Positions 49,359-58,810 of a stretch of DNA of 64,000 nucleotides are shown one piece after another. A model generated the notes under the pieces. That model was not told where the DNA came from. It did no database searches and saw only the letters and a program-made list of their open reading frames with translations. How positions within the stretch are numbered: position 1 is the first letter of the stretch; each line of letters opens with the position of its first letter. This stretch comes from an uncultured delta proteobacterium (GTDB lineage: Bacteria > Desulfobacterota > Desulfobacteria > Desulfobacterales > B30-G6), in assembly GCA_963823335.1 (NCBI GenBank), contig CAWGLD010000003.1, forward strand, positions 128,001 to 192,000, given 5' to 3'. Made by a program: the position numbers and the translations under genes.

Positions 49359-51215
49359 ATGAGTTCCCAGTCTTCTGACAGATTCAAGCACATATGCCTC
49401 ATGTCTACCCCGTGGCCGCTTTTCAAACGGCCATCGATTCAGCTGGGTTCCCTGAAATCTTTTCTTAACAAAGAGCTGAAGGGCACTCGGGTGGATACGG
49501 CGCATATGTACCTGAACGTAGCCCATGCAATCGGTTACGATGTGTACCAGGCCATTTCCAAGCGAACCTGGCTGGCGGAGACGGTGTATGCAACGCTATT
49601 GTATCCTGAAAGATCCGACGCCATAGAAAAACTCTTCCGGAAGCAAGCATCACGGAACCAGGTGTTGAGGTCAGTTGACTTTGCGGTGCTGGTTCGGCAG
49701 GCAAAGGACATCACAGATGAGGTGATAGGGCAGGTACCCTGGCACGACATCGGTCTGGTGGGGTTTTCCGTGTGCCTGTGCCAGCTGACATCGAGTCTTT
49801 ATGCAGTCCGACAAATCAAAAAAATATCTCCCGATATCATCACACTTTTCGGCGGGTCAACGGTCTCCACTCCGTTTTGCCGGGAGTACCTCGATGTTTT
49901 CACCGACATCGACGTTATCGTGAACGGGGAAGGGGAGCTTCCCCTGCTGGCGATCCTGAACCATCTTGAAAAATACGGGAATATCCAGACAGCCCATACC
50001 ATTGACGGTGTCGTGACCCGGGGGGGGCCTGATTGCGAAGGGCACCTTTTTTCCCAATTGTCCCATCTGGAACATCTGGCAACACCCGACTATGACGACT
50101 ACTTTAAAATCCTGGACACTTTTTCACCGGCCAAACGATTTTTCCCGACCCTTCCCGTGGAGTCGTCCCGGGGGTGTTGGTGGAAGGGGGGGGGTCTCCA
50201 AAGACAGACCAAAGGATGTGCTTTCTGTAATCTGAACCTGCAGTGGGCTGGATACAGGAAGAGGGCTCCCGCCAGGGTCGTTCATGACATCGATGTGTTG
50301 ACGGAACGTCACCAGACCCTGTCTGTCGCATTCATGGACAACGTACTGCCGGTCACGTCGTCAGACGCTCTTTTCTCCGGTCTGGGTTGCCTGAACAAGG
50401 ATCTGCAGATATTTTCAGAGATCAGGGCGTCCACACCCCTGAAGAGCCTGAGAAAGATGCGTTCGTCAGGTATGAGCGAAGTTCAAGTGGGAGTTGAAGC
50501 ACTTAGCTCCAAGCTTCTGAAAAAAATGAAAAAAGGCACCACGGCAATTCAGAACATGGAGATCATGAAAAACTGTGAATCCCTGGGATTACAGAACAGT
50601 TCCAACCTGATGCTTCACTTTCCGGGCAGTGATGAAGGCCATGTCATGGAAACCATGCGAAACCTGGAATTTGCCATGCCCTTCAGACCGCTGAAGCCGG
50701 TCAATTTCTGGCTTGGTATGGGGAGCCCGGTGTGGCAAAACCCCGCCCGGTTTCATATCCGGTCCATATCGAATCATCCCTATTACCGTATACTGTTTCC
50801 AGAGCATTTTTCGCAAAGAGCACGATTTTCGATTCAAGCCTATCGTGGTGATCTACAGCACCAGAGAAAACTCTGGCAACCTGTTGAAAAGAAAATTCAG
50901 GCATGGAACAGGTTTTATGCAGATCTTCACCGGACACCGTCAGCCGGACCGATTCTCAGTTACCAGGATGGGGGCCTTTTTATGATTGTCCGTCAGCGGC
51001 GGCTGAACGCAGACCCTCTGCAGCACCGTCTGAAAGGCACATCGCGTGAGATATACCTGTTCTGCGGCAAGACCCGATCTGTCAGGCGGATCCGGTCGCA
51101 ATTTCCTGAACTGCCGGAAGACACGCTTTTGCTGTTTCTGCGAATGATGACCGGCAAGGGTCTGATGTTCGAAGAGCAGGGCAGGTTTTTAAGTTTGGCC
51201 ATAAGCCTCAAATAG
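49359..51215 (+). CDS. Cobalamin-binding radical SAM enzyme of the RiPP-maturase (rSAM_ocin_1-like) family
   Basis: PSIQLGSLK, NGEGE, PDYDDYF, ESSRGCWW...CAFCNLN, QVGVEALS, KMKKG. Confidence 0.85.
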   Translation: MSSQSSDRFKHICLMSTPWPLFKRPSIQLGSLKSFLNKELKGTRVDTAHMYLNVAHAIGYDVYQAISKRTWLAETVYATLLYPERSDAIEKLFRKQASRNQVLRSVDFAVLVRQAKDITDEVIGQVPWHDIGLVGFSVCLCQLTSSLYAVRQIKKISPDIITLFGGSTVSTPFCREYLDVFTDIDVIVNGEGELPLLAILNHLEKYGNIQTAHTIDGVVTRGGPDCEGHLFSQLSHLEHLATPDYDDYFKILDTFSPAKRFFPTLPVESSRGCWWKGGGLQRQTKGCAFCNLNLQWAGYRKRAPARVVHDIDVLTERHQTLSVAFMDNVLPVTSSDALFSGLGCLNKDLQIFSEIRASTPLKSLRKMRSSGMSEVQVGVEALSSKLLKKMKKGTTAIQNMEIMKNCESLGLQNSSNLMLHFPGSDEGHVMETMRNLEFAMPFRPLKPVNFWLGMGSPVWQNPARFHIRSISNHPYYRILFPEHFSQRARFSIQAYRGDLQHQRKLWQPVEKKIQAWNRFYADLHRTPSAGPILSYQDGGLFMIVRQRRLNADPLQHRLKGTSREIYLFCGKTRSVRRIRSQFPELPEDTLLLFLRMMTGKGLMFEEQGRFLSLAISLK

Positions 51216-51358
51216 CCAAAGGGTTAGCGGCAGCATCCTATCTGCTTAGATTTTACAGATTATGGCTAAAGAAAGAGCAGGTGTTTGCTGATACATTGTG
51301 ATATGTTAAAGATTAAAGTACTCCCAACCCGTATAAATCGGAAAAGAATAAGATTTTT

Positions 51359-51443
51359 TATCACGAAATCACGAAAGTACGAAACCACGAAAAAGACCAT
51401 GGATGATTTCGTTTTTTTTAGATTTCGTATTTTCGTGATTGCT
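51359..51443. repeat. TCACGAAA octamer-arm palindrome (empty copy)
   Basis: Same left arm as 15422 and 44004, directly followed by the TTTCGT arm. Confidence 0.75.
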
Positions 51444-51507
51444 TTTAATTTGTTACTATGAAATACAAATCATTAAAACTAAGATAACAATAACAGGAAG
51501 TTAAAGT

Positions 51508-53499
51508 GTGAGACCGCTCTCGCAACAGCCCATAGAAAAAGAAATCAAAACCCTCAGGGGAATTGTGCCGCAACTGGTTGAACAGCTCAGGCTGGAAAAA
51601 GATGTGGACATTACAACCTGGCAGACGCTCATCGACAAAAAACTGCTTCCCAGGCTGACTCCTGATTTTCCGCTGGTGGCATCCATCTGCGGAGGGGGCT
51701 CATCCGGCAAGTCCTCATTATTCAACGCGCTTATTCAAGACAACATATCCCCCACCGGTGGTACCGCCGGTATCAACCGCCGGATTCTTATATCCGGCAA
51801 TGCTGACAGCTTTTCAGACAGCACCCGTTTTGCCGACCTTTTCGATACCTTCGGGTTCAGACCGGAACCTCTGATGGATAAAAACGATCTTCTCCTGCAG
51901 GGAGATGCCCGGTATATACTCAACCCCCAGACACCTTCAAACCTCATTCTACTGGACACACCTGATTTCGACACCGGGTTAAAAGGTACCTATCTCAACC
52001 GCGGGGTTGCGAAACAGGCGCTGGAAGTGTCGGATGTGCTGGTTTATATTTTTACCAATGCCAATTACAACAACCGGGACAACACCGACTTTATTTCAGG
52101 CATCCTCACCGGTATCGGTATCCGCAAATGCTTTCTGGTATATCGTGTATATGCCAGTTACTCCGATGAAGAGATTCTGGCACATGCCGGGACGGTTGCC
52201 AAAAACCTATACGGCAGTGATGCTGCCAACAACGTATTGGGAATCTACAGGGCCGACGAGGATAACCGGGTAGCGACTGACGAGAAATTCATGGATATCA
52301 TGCCGGTGGGGGACGGCGGGGTTCCCCTGCTGAAGGCATTGGCAAGCCTTGACAGGCAGAAGATTCGTCTCGAGTTGATGTCTTCCGTCCTCACGGACGT
52401 GCTGAAACAGGCCGGGGAGATTTCGAGCAGGGCAGGGGTGTCCCTGCTTGAACTGGGACTCTACCGCAATGCCTTGCAGACGTGGCAAAGCTATTGTGTA
52501 CACCAGGCATTGAAGCGTTTTCCCATGGATATCGTACTCAAACGATTCGTGGAAATATGGCATCGGACAGACCCTTCTCATATCAAATGGATGCGCAAAG
52601 CAGGCAGCATCATCGATTTACCGATTCGGGCTGCCGTCAATACCGTTAAATGGATCAGGGGCAGGGAAACCCGGCCGTCGACTCCAGAGAAAAATGGTCA
52701 AGCTCGATACTCAGAGGAGACAATGGATGACCTGTTGACGGCCGCCAATGATCTGTGGCGAAAATTTATTGATTCCGAAATCTCTGTATCACTGGTGCAA
52801 ACCGATCCCGTAGCAAAGGAAATGCACGAAGCTTATCAGAGAATTGAGACGCAGTACAAAGCATTGAACAAGGTAAATCCCCACCAGCTGAGGCTTTCAA
52901 CCAATGGGGGCTGGATTTTTGTTGTCAAGGCCCATCCTGCGATTCTCGGCCAAGAGACATTGTCCGGTTCAGGGGAATGGCGGTCGGCCATTACATCCAT
53001 TCTGTCCGATACGGAAAAGCTCCTGGATACCACCGGACAGATCGACCGGGATCTCGAAGCGCTGGTGGAAGCATTCCGAAAGCGCATGAATTTATTGTCG
53101 AAAATAGGGCAGACATTTTCTGCCTTCCTGAACGTGCTGCCGGCAACGGTGGCGGTTACCTATATTCTGTCAACAGGCGATCCTGTAGGTGCTGCGGGTA
53201 TCAAGGTAAAACTCTCGGGTCTATTCGGATTGAAAGACCTGTATGCACTGGTGGCTCTGCCCGCCACTTCGGGTCTTCGAACAGCGGATCAGGCACAACT
53301 GGAAGCCTTGATCGGACCTATTGCAGAGACCTGGCTCAACAACAAGCTCGAGGTGATCCAGACCATTTTTCAGGATACTATCAGCGGAACGACCCTGTCG
53401 GAGGCTGAAGGTGTTTATTCGGAAGTGGACCGGTATCTCGTTGATCTGAAACAGGTCCTGGAAAATTGCAGGACCTATAAAAACCTGGTGACTAAATAG
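51508..53499 (+). CDS. Dynamin-like GTPase A
   Basis: GGGSSGKS (G1), LLDTPDFD (G3), helical C-terminus with a hydrophobic hairpin. Confidence 0.75.
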   Translation: MRPLSQQPIEKEIKTLRGIVPQLVEQLRLEKDVDITTWQTLIDKKLLPRLTPDFPLVASICGGGSSGKSSLFNALIQDNISPTGGTAGINRRILISGNADSFSDSTRFADLFDTFGFRPEPLMDKNDLLLQGDARYILNPQTPSNLILLDTPDFDTGLKGTYLNRGVAKQALEVSDVLVYIFTNANYNNRDNTDFISGILTGIGIRKCFLVYRVYASYSDEEILAHAGTVAKNLYGSDAANNVLGIYRADEDNRVATDEKFMDIMPVGDGGVPLLKALASLDRQKIRLELMSSVLTDVLKQAGEISSRAGVSLLELGLYRNALQTWQSYCVHQALKRFPMDIVLKRFVEIWHRTDPSHIKWMRKAGSIIDLPIRAAVNTVKWIRGRETRPSTPEKNGQARYSEETMDDLLTAANDLWRKFIDSEISVSLVQTDPVAKEMHEAYQRIETQYKALNKVNPHQLRLSTNGGWIFVVKAHPAILGQETLSGSGEWRSAITSILSDTEKLLDTTGQIDRDLEALVEAFRKRMNLLSKIGQTFSAFLNVLPATVAVTYILSTGDPVGAAGIKVKLSGLFGLKDLYALVALPATSGLRTADQAQLEALIGPIAETWLNNKLEVIQTIFQDTISGTTLSEAEGVYSEVDRYLVDLKQVLENCRTYKNLVTK

Positions 53500-53595
53500 C
53501 CAGCTCCGTCATGCCGGACTTGATCCGGCATCCAGTGTTCCTGAGGCAGGCACGCGGGAATGAAAGCCTACGGATATTTATCCACCGGAGTAATA
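53476..53595 (+). mobile_element. MITE/REP composite (5712 family), supplies the stop codon of the upstream gene
   Basis: CCTGGTGACTAAATAGC...GTCATGCCGGACTTGATCCGGCATCC...CCGGAGTAATA. Confidence 0.75.
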
Positions 53596-53809
53596 ACAAC
53601 CATGTTGCCGGACACTATTTATAATTTTTTGTGATTTTGTGATAAATAATCCACAAAACAATATCGAATATCGAATAAGGAACTGCAGAATGATGAAGGA
53701 TATACTTCGACATTCGATATTTCTTGTTCTATATTCTGCGGTTGTAAAGATATTTATTAAACCAAATTGTTGTAGTAGCAGGTAACATTTTGGATCGTGA
53801 CGGTGCCCC

Positions 53810-55621
53810 ATGAATCAAACAAATCATCCCGAGATCATCCAGACCCTTGGAAAAATAGCGGCCTGCAGAAATGAGGTCCAAGGAACGGCGGCACTGCTGG
53901 AGGCGGTACCCCTGTGGCGTCCTGGTGCCGCCTTGAAAAAGGAGTGCAGGGAAGTTCTCGACCTTATGGACGACCATGAAAGACGATTTGAAAGAAAGCT
54001 GATGGTTGCCATTGTCGGACCTGGTGGCTCGGGCAAATCGACCCTCGTCAATTCCCTGGCAGGTGTGGACGGTCTTTCTGAGTCCGGCACCGGGCGTCCT
54101 ACGACCACGGAAGTCGTTTTGGTGTGCCGATGGCCTGAGGATGTTCATTTCCTTGATCCGCTATTCAATCCGGGGGACTTGCAGGTAGTTTCCGAAGCAG
54201 GTGCCACTCGGATGGATCATCTGCTCCTGGTGGATACACCGGACATAGACAGTACTCACCAGGCAGCCCATAAACCTCTTGTGAAAAGGGTAATCGAGAT
54301 GGCAGACGTGCTCCTGTGTGTTTTCAATTCTGAAAACCCGAAAACCAGGGATCAGGTCGATTTTTTTCACCCTTATGTTCAGCGGTTTCATGGTGAATCC
54401 CTCATCGGCATCTTGAATAAATGCGATCGGGTGGACGAGCGTGAACTAAAAGAAGTCATTTTGCCAGATTTTGAGCAGCATATCACCAATGCCTGGGAAC
54501 GGCCCATGATGTCATTTTTCTGTATATCCGCGCGCAGACACCTGAAGAATCCGGATTGGGATGTCAATGCAGGCCCCAAGCATGATTTTGATCAGTTCGA
54601 CGACCTGAAGGATCTGTTGACCGGACCGTACAATCTCCCGGGGGCTGTTGCCGACAGACGTCTTAAAAACGTGCAGGCACTGAAAAGATTTGCACACACC
54701 GAGGTGCAAGAGGCCATCCGGTCGTGCAAAGCCCCTCTATTGGGTGCGGCGTCGCGTATGAGGGATGTCGAGACAAGTGCTTTAAAAGAGGCTTTTGAAA
54801 CGCTCAAAAAAGAGGGCACCGGTCAGATACTGGGGGTGAATGTTCTGTTATACCAGAAATTAGCCCAGCAATGGTTTGGACCGGTGGGATGGTTGATAGC
54901 ACTCTGGGCCAGGATCCTGATTTTTGGAACCGGGTTGATGGCTCTGTTCCGATTCGGAAATCCTGTTCGTCAGATCATGGGTGTCATTTCTTCATTGCGC
55001 CATTTCAGGGAGGCTGAAGCTTCCATTGCCGCTGGAGAAAAAGGGAACCAATTGGGAACTGCCATGCGGAAATACCGGGTGGCAGTTCTCAAAGAGTGGC
55101 CTGAAATAGCCGATATGCTCGTACAGGGCGGATTTGAAGAATCGGTCAGACAGCCGGACACCGGTATGTCTGACCAGCACGAATTGAATGACGCACTTTC
55201 GACCATATGGCAGGAATCCCTCGGTGCGACGATTGAAAAATCAGCCCGACGATTCAGCGGCATGTGGCTTCAGCTCCTGTTCAATATCCCCACCGTGGGC
55301 ATGCTTGCGCATATAGCCTGGCTGACAGTGAAACATTATTTTGAAGAAGATTATCTTGCCACAGATTTTTTCATACACGCCTTTTTAGCAGCTGGAATTG
55401 TCATGTTTTTAAGCTTCTTTTTGTTTCAAGCCTGTCTTCGATTGCTGTCCGGTTCGGAACGCATCGTCACCAGGGCTTTCGAACGGATCAATATTCAGCT
55501 GGATCCCCTTAAAAGAATGTCCATCGGTCCAGTCTTCAACCAGCTCAATAAACTGTTGGGAGCTGAAGCGGCCCTGCCGGAAGATCCCGCCAAAACCACT
55601 CATGCCGAACCTCGACAATGA
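53810..55621 (+). CDS. Dynamin-like GTPase B
   Basis: GPGGSGKS, RPTT, VDTPDIDS, LNKCD, ISA; several C-terminal hydrophobic segments. Confidence 0.8.
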   Translation: MNQTNHPEIIQTLGKIAACRNEVQGTAALLEAVPLWRPGAALKKECREVLDLMDDHERRFERKLMVAIVGPGGSGKSTLVNSLAGVDGLSESGTGRPTTTEVVLVCRWPEDVHFLDPLFNPGDLQVVSEAGATRMDHLLLVDTPDIDSTHQAAHKPLVKRVIEMADVLLCVFNSENPKTRDQVDFFHPYVQRFHGESLIGILNKCDRVDERELKEVILPDFEQHITNAWERPMMSFFCISARRHLKNPDWDVNAGPKHDFDQFDDLKDLLTGPYNLPGAVADRRLKNVQALKRFAHTEVQEAIRSCKAPLLGAASRMRDVETSALKEAFETLKKEGTGQILGVNVLLYQKLAQQWFGPVGWLIALWARILIFGTGLMALFRFGNPVRQIMGVISSLRHFREAEASIAAGEKGNQLGTAMRKYRVAVLKEWPEIADMLVQGGFEESVRQPDTGMSDQHELNDALSTIWQESLGATIEKSARRFSGMWLQLLFNIPTVGMLAHIAWLTVKHYFEEDYLATDFFIHAFLAAGIVMFLSFFLFQACLRLLSGSERIVTRAFERINIQLDPLKRMSIGPVFNQLNKLLGAEAALPEDPAKTTHAEPRQ

Positions 55622-55806
55622 GCGCATTTCCCCCTCAATAAATACCAGGCACTAAATACGAATATCGAAATACGAAACAAATCCAAGTATCGAATGCTCA
55701 AATGGTTCAAGCATAGACCTTGAACTAGTGTCTTCAGGGTCTTGTTTTGATCATTCGACTTTGGATCATCAGGTATTGTTTAGGATTTCGAATTTTGTGC
55801 TTCGGA

Positions 55807-55911
55807 TTTATACCGCTTGTCATAATAATGTTCCGAAAACAGGATGGCGGCATAAGGGGTTGTAGCAGAAAAAAGGTCCTCAATCGGAACGTTTTTCTGA
55901 CAACCCCTATA
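55807..55911. mobile_element. 105-bp MITE, copy 2
   Basis: Two mismatches versus 15319-15423. Confidence 0.8.
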
Positions 55912-56153
55912 AGTAACAAACGACATCGGCACAGCCAAACATCTCTGACCTGGCCCAGGGGCCCGGGTTTTCGATACGGAATAATTAGGTTTACATGATT
56001 AAAAAACATAAAAAATAATCATTAAAATAAAACATGATAAATTAATTAAAAATATATAAAAATAAATGATATATAGATAATATAAAAAATTTTATTGACA
56101 TTATATAAAGCCTATGTTTTAAGCTGTATAAAATCATCTAAAGGAGGATTAAA

Positions 56154-56315
56154 ATGAGATTATTAAATGAAAACTTTAATGAAGAGATCAATTTTAGTTC
56201 CTTTATTGATGAATTTGATAGATTTGATGAAATAGATATTGACATGATGTCAATGGAGTATGAAAAAAAATTTGAATCAAGAATTAATATTAAAAATCTT
56301 GATGAAATAAGTTAG
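56154..56315 (+). CDS. Small acidic protein, 53 aa (below the ORF-track cutoff)
   Basis: SD AAGGAGG, then MRLLNENFNEEINFSSFIDEFDRFDEIDIDMMSMEYEKKFESRINIKNLDEIS*. Confidence 0.6.
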   Translation: MRLLNENFNEEINFSSFIDEFDRFDEIDIDMMSMEYEKKFESRINIKNLDEIS

Positions 56316-56320
56316 TTGTG

Positions 56321-56432
56321 CTAAGGTAACTGCAAATCCTTCAAAACCAAAACGGTTTGGAGGACAAGGCATACCCCTCTGGGTTATGGCCAAAGACGGA
56401 TGCGGTAGAATCTGTTGTTGCAGATATCTTAG
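56321..56432. other. Multi-branched structured element (ncRNA or MITE)
   Basis: 15-bp closing stem plus three internal hairpins. Confidence 0.45.
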
Positions 56433-56457
56433 ACATCTCACCATAAAAGATTCCCGC

Positions 56458-56600
56458 TGAAGCGCAATGGCAAGCGTATTTCCCCTGGCTGACCGACGGA
56501 ATTCACCGAAGGCTTGCCATGGGGTAAGCGAGCGAATCTGGATTGGACAGAATTCCTTTCAGTTAAAGATTCCTCGCGGTTTTCTGCGAGGTTCTTAATT
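56458..56600 (+). mobile_element. GAACCGCAA-family palindromic element, diverged copy
   Basis: AGCGAGCGAATCT..GACAGAATTCCTT..ATTCCTCG..CTGCGAGGTTCTT shared with the 28311 copy. Confidence 0.7.
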
Positions 56601-56632
56601 TCTGGGGGATTTTTCACTTTTAAGAGGAATTT

Positions 56633-56944
56633 ATGGCGGCTAAAATATCCGATAATGAACTGTTGAAAGTTATAGCGCGGTATATGGATGCGGATAAAAT
56701 ATGCAAGGAGACCGATTTAAAATTGAAGACGCTTCAGGCACGTGTCGGAAGGCTGACGTATAAAAAACTGCTTGAAAGTCCATCACAAATCAAGGGGCTG
56801 TACAAACCCAAACCCAAAATTGTCAAGATGAGCCAGAACGCCATTATTATTCCAAAGGCAAGAATCGAGGAATGTGACTTCAAGATTGGCGACATGTTCA
56901 AAGTCACCTGTGAGGATGACCGGATTATTCTTTCGCGGTTATAA
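56633..56944 (+). CDS. Small basic protein with a C-terminal AbrB/MazE-like fold
   Basis: SD GAGG; IIIPKARIEECDFKIGDMFKV..DRIIL swapped-hairpin pattern. Confidence 0.65.
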   Translation: MAAKISDNELLKVIARYMDADKICKETDLKLKTLQARVGRLTYKKLLESPSQIKGLYKPKPKIVKMSQNAIIIPKARIEECDFKIGDMFKVTCEDDRIILSRL

Positions 56945-57010
56945 CAAGCGCCCATCATGTTTGCCCCTTTTCTGAAGACCACCGTCTCACCCATTAGGAT
57001 CCATTATAGC

Positions 57011-57574
57011 ATGATACAGGTCAAGAACGACAAATCCATATCAACCGTCCATAGCAGTGAAGAGATATACAAGGGGCGACAGTTCTCATTTTTTAAAGAG
57101 CGCATTACCCTGCCGCACAATGTTGATGCAGAAATGGCATTTGTTCGACACCCGGGTTCTGCCGTTATTGTTCCCTTGTTCGAGGATCAAACCATCGGAG
57201 TGATCAGACAGTACCGGTATGTTGTCAACGAATACATCTACGAGATACCGGCAGGGACACTGGATGAAGGGGAGTCACCGGCGCAGTGCGCCAGGCGTGA
57301 ACTGGAAGAAGAGACAGGATATGCCGCATCAGAATTCATCGCCTTGGGGAAAACATACTTGTTGCCAGCTTATTCCGACGAAATATCCTATATCTATCTG
57401 GCAAGAAAGATGACCAGGACAGGTCAAAATCTCGACGCAGATGAAATCATTGCGGTTCACCGACACAGTATTCCAGACATTCTGGAGATGATCGAAACGG
57501 GTGTTATTATCGATGCGTTGTCAATCCTTGCCATCGTGCGTGCCGTCCAACACCTAGAGAGCACGCAAATCTGA
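57011..57574 (+). CDS. ADP-ribose pyrophosphatase-like Nudix hydrolase
   Basis: HPGSA, QYRY, EIPAGTLDEGESPAQCARRELEEETG. Confidence 0.9.
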   Translation: MIQVKNDKSISTVHSSEEIYKGRQFSFFKERITLPHNVDAEMAFVRHPGSAVIVPLFEDQTIGVIRQYRYVVNEYIYEIPAGTLDEGESPAQCARRELEEETGYAASEFIALGKTYLLPAYSDEISYIYLARKMTRTGQNLDADEIIAVHRHSIPDILEMIETGVIIDALSILAIVRAVQHLESTQI

Positions 57575-57599
57575 AGTTACATGTTATGAGGGGGCAGGT

Positions 57600-58508
57600 A
57601 TGAAAGAGGGTAAGCAGGTCTGGTTGAACGGTGTGTTTATACCCCGGGCAGCTGCGACGGTGCCGATTTTATCACATTCTTTTTCGAGAGCTTCGGCAAT
57701 TTTCGAGATCTTTCGTATCCATACAGGTCCGGAGGGCCCGGCAGCCTTTCGAATGGATGCCCACCTGAAGCGTCTGATGGACAGTGCCAGGCTTATAGAC
57801 ATGGAGATGTGCTACACTGTGGAGAATATTGCACAAGCGGTGGCCGAGACCGTTATTCTTAACCATATTGGCAGGGGTGTGGTGAAGATCGTTGCATACT
57901 GGGGAGAAGAAGCCGTTATCCGGTTGTTGCCACAGTCAGAACCGGATCTTGCGATATTTGCCATATCGGAAATGCCGGAGATGAATCTCGACAGCCGGAA
58001 ACCCGTAAAGACCTGCCTGAGCAAATGGCGTAAAATCGATCCGGAAACAGTTCCGGTGTCAGCCAAGGCCTGCTCCAATTACTTGAATGCCTACCTGACC
58101 CGGAAAGATGCTGTTGCACGCGGATACGACATCGGCATCATGCTGGGAACGGATGGCTTTGTGACAGAGGGCTCGGCGGAATCCGTTTTTATCGTGAAAG
58201 ACAGTATTGTCAAAATCCCGCCTCTGGGCAGGGTTCTTCCCGGTATATCGCGTATGTCCGTTCTGGAAATGGCCGGGTCCATGGGTATTGTGACCGCTGA
58301 GGAGCCCTTGACTGTGGATGATCTTTATGATGCCGACGAAATGTTTCTGTCGCATACGGGTGTTAAAGTAGAACCGGTCAAACAGTTTGAAGATAAACTT
58401 CTGGTGGCACCCGGACCCGTCACCCGCCGCTTAATGGAACAGATGGCAAAAATTCTCGCTTTTGAGGATGAATCGTACATGAAATGGATGCATAAACTGT
58501 CTGTGTGA
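57600..58508 (+). CDS. ilvE: Class IV aminotransferase (branched-chain amino acid type)
   Basis: FRMDAHLKRL, AKACSNY, EGSAES, LPGISR, ADEMFL, PGPVT. Confidence 0.8.
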   Translation: MKEGKQVWLNGVFIPRAAATVPILSHSFSRASAIFEIFRIHTGPEGPAAFRMDAHLKRLMDSARLIDMEMCYTVENIAQAVAETVILNHIGRGVVKIVAYWGEEAVIRLLPQSEPDLAIFAISEMPEMNLDSRKPVKTCLSKWRKIDPETVPVSAKACSNYLNAYLTRKDAVARGYDIGIMLGTDGFVTEGSAESVFIVKDSIVKIPPLGRVLPGISRMSVLEMAGSMGIVTAEEPLTVDDLYDADEMFLSHTGVKVEPVKQFEDKLLVAPGPVTRRLMEQMAKILAFEDESYMKWMHKLSV

Positions 58509-58740
58509 GACGGTAGGCAGTAGGTAGTAAGCAGTAGGCAGAAGACAGGAGTCAGACTACAGAATTTGTTGTGACACTATCTTTCCATTCAAACTTCGAT
58601 GTTGAACGTTCGATGTTCATTCGCTTTCCAGGATTAAAAAAACTAGCGCTTTATAAAAAGTCGTCTTCCGCCGTCAGCCTTCCGCTCGTGTATTATACCC
58701 GCCAAAGATTATTTTTACCCGCACCGTCCTGATCATTCTT

Positions 58741-58770
58741 TTGACAAAGTATCCCTTATTGATGTATAAA
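58741..58770 (+). promoter_or_regulatory. Putative sigma70 promoter of the kinase cluster
   Basis: TTGACA-N18-TATAAA 40 bp upstream of the ATG. Confidence 0.55.
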
Positions 58771-58810
58771 ATCTAATTATGAAATCATAAGAGATGGCAT
58801 TGGAGAGCAT

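Noticed and set aside
56095-56134. Consensus sigma70 promoter for the microprotein
   Set aside because: TTGACA is present but no good -10 box lies at 16-18 bp, and AT-richness makes chance matches likely.
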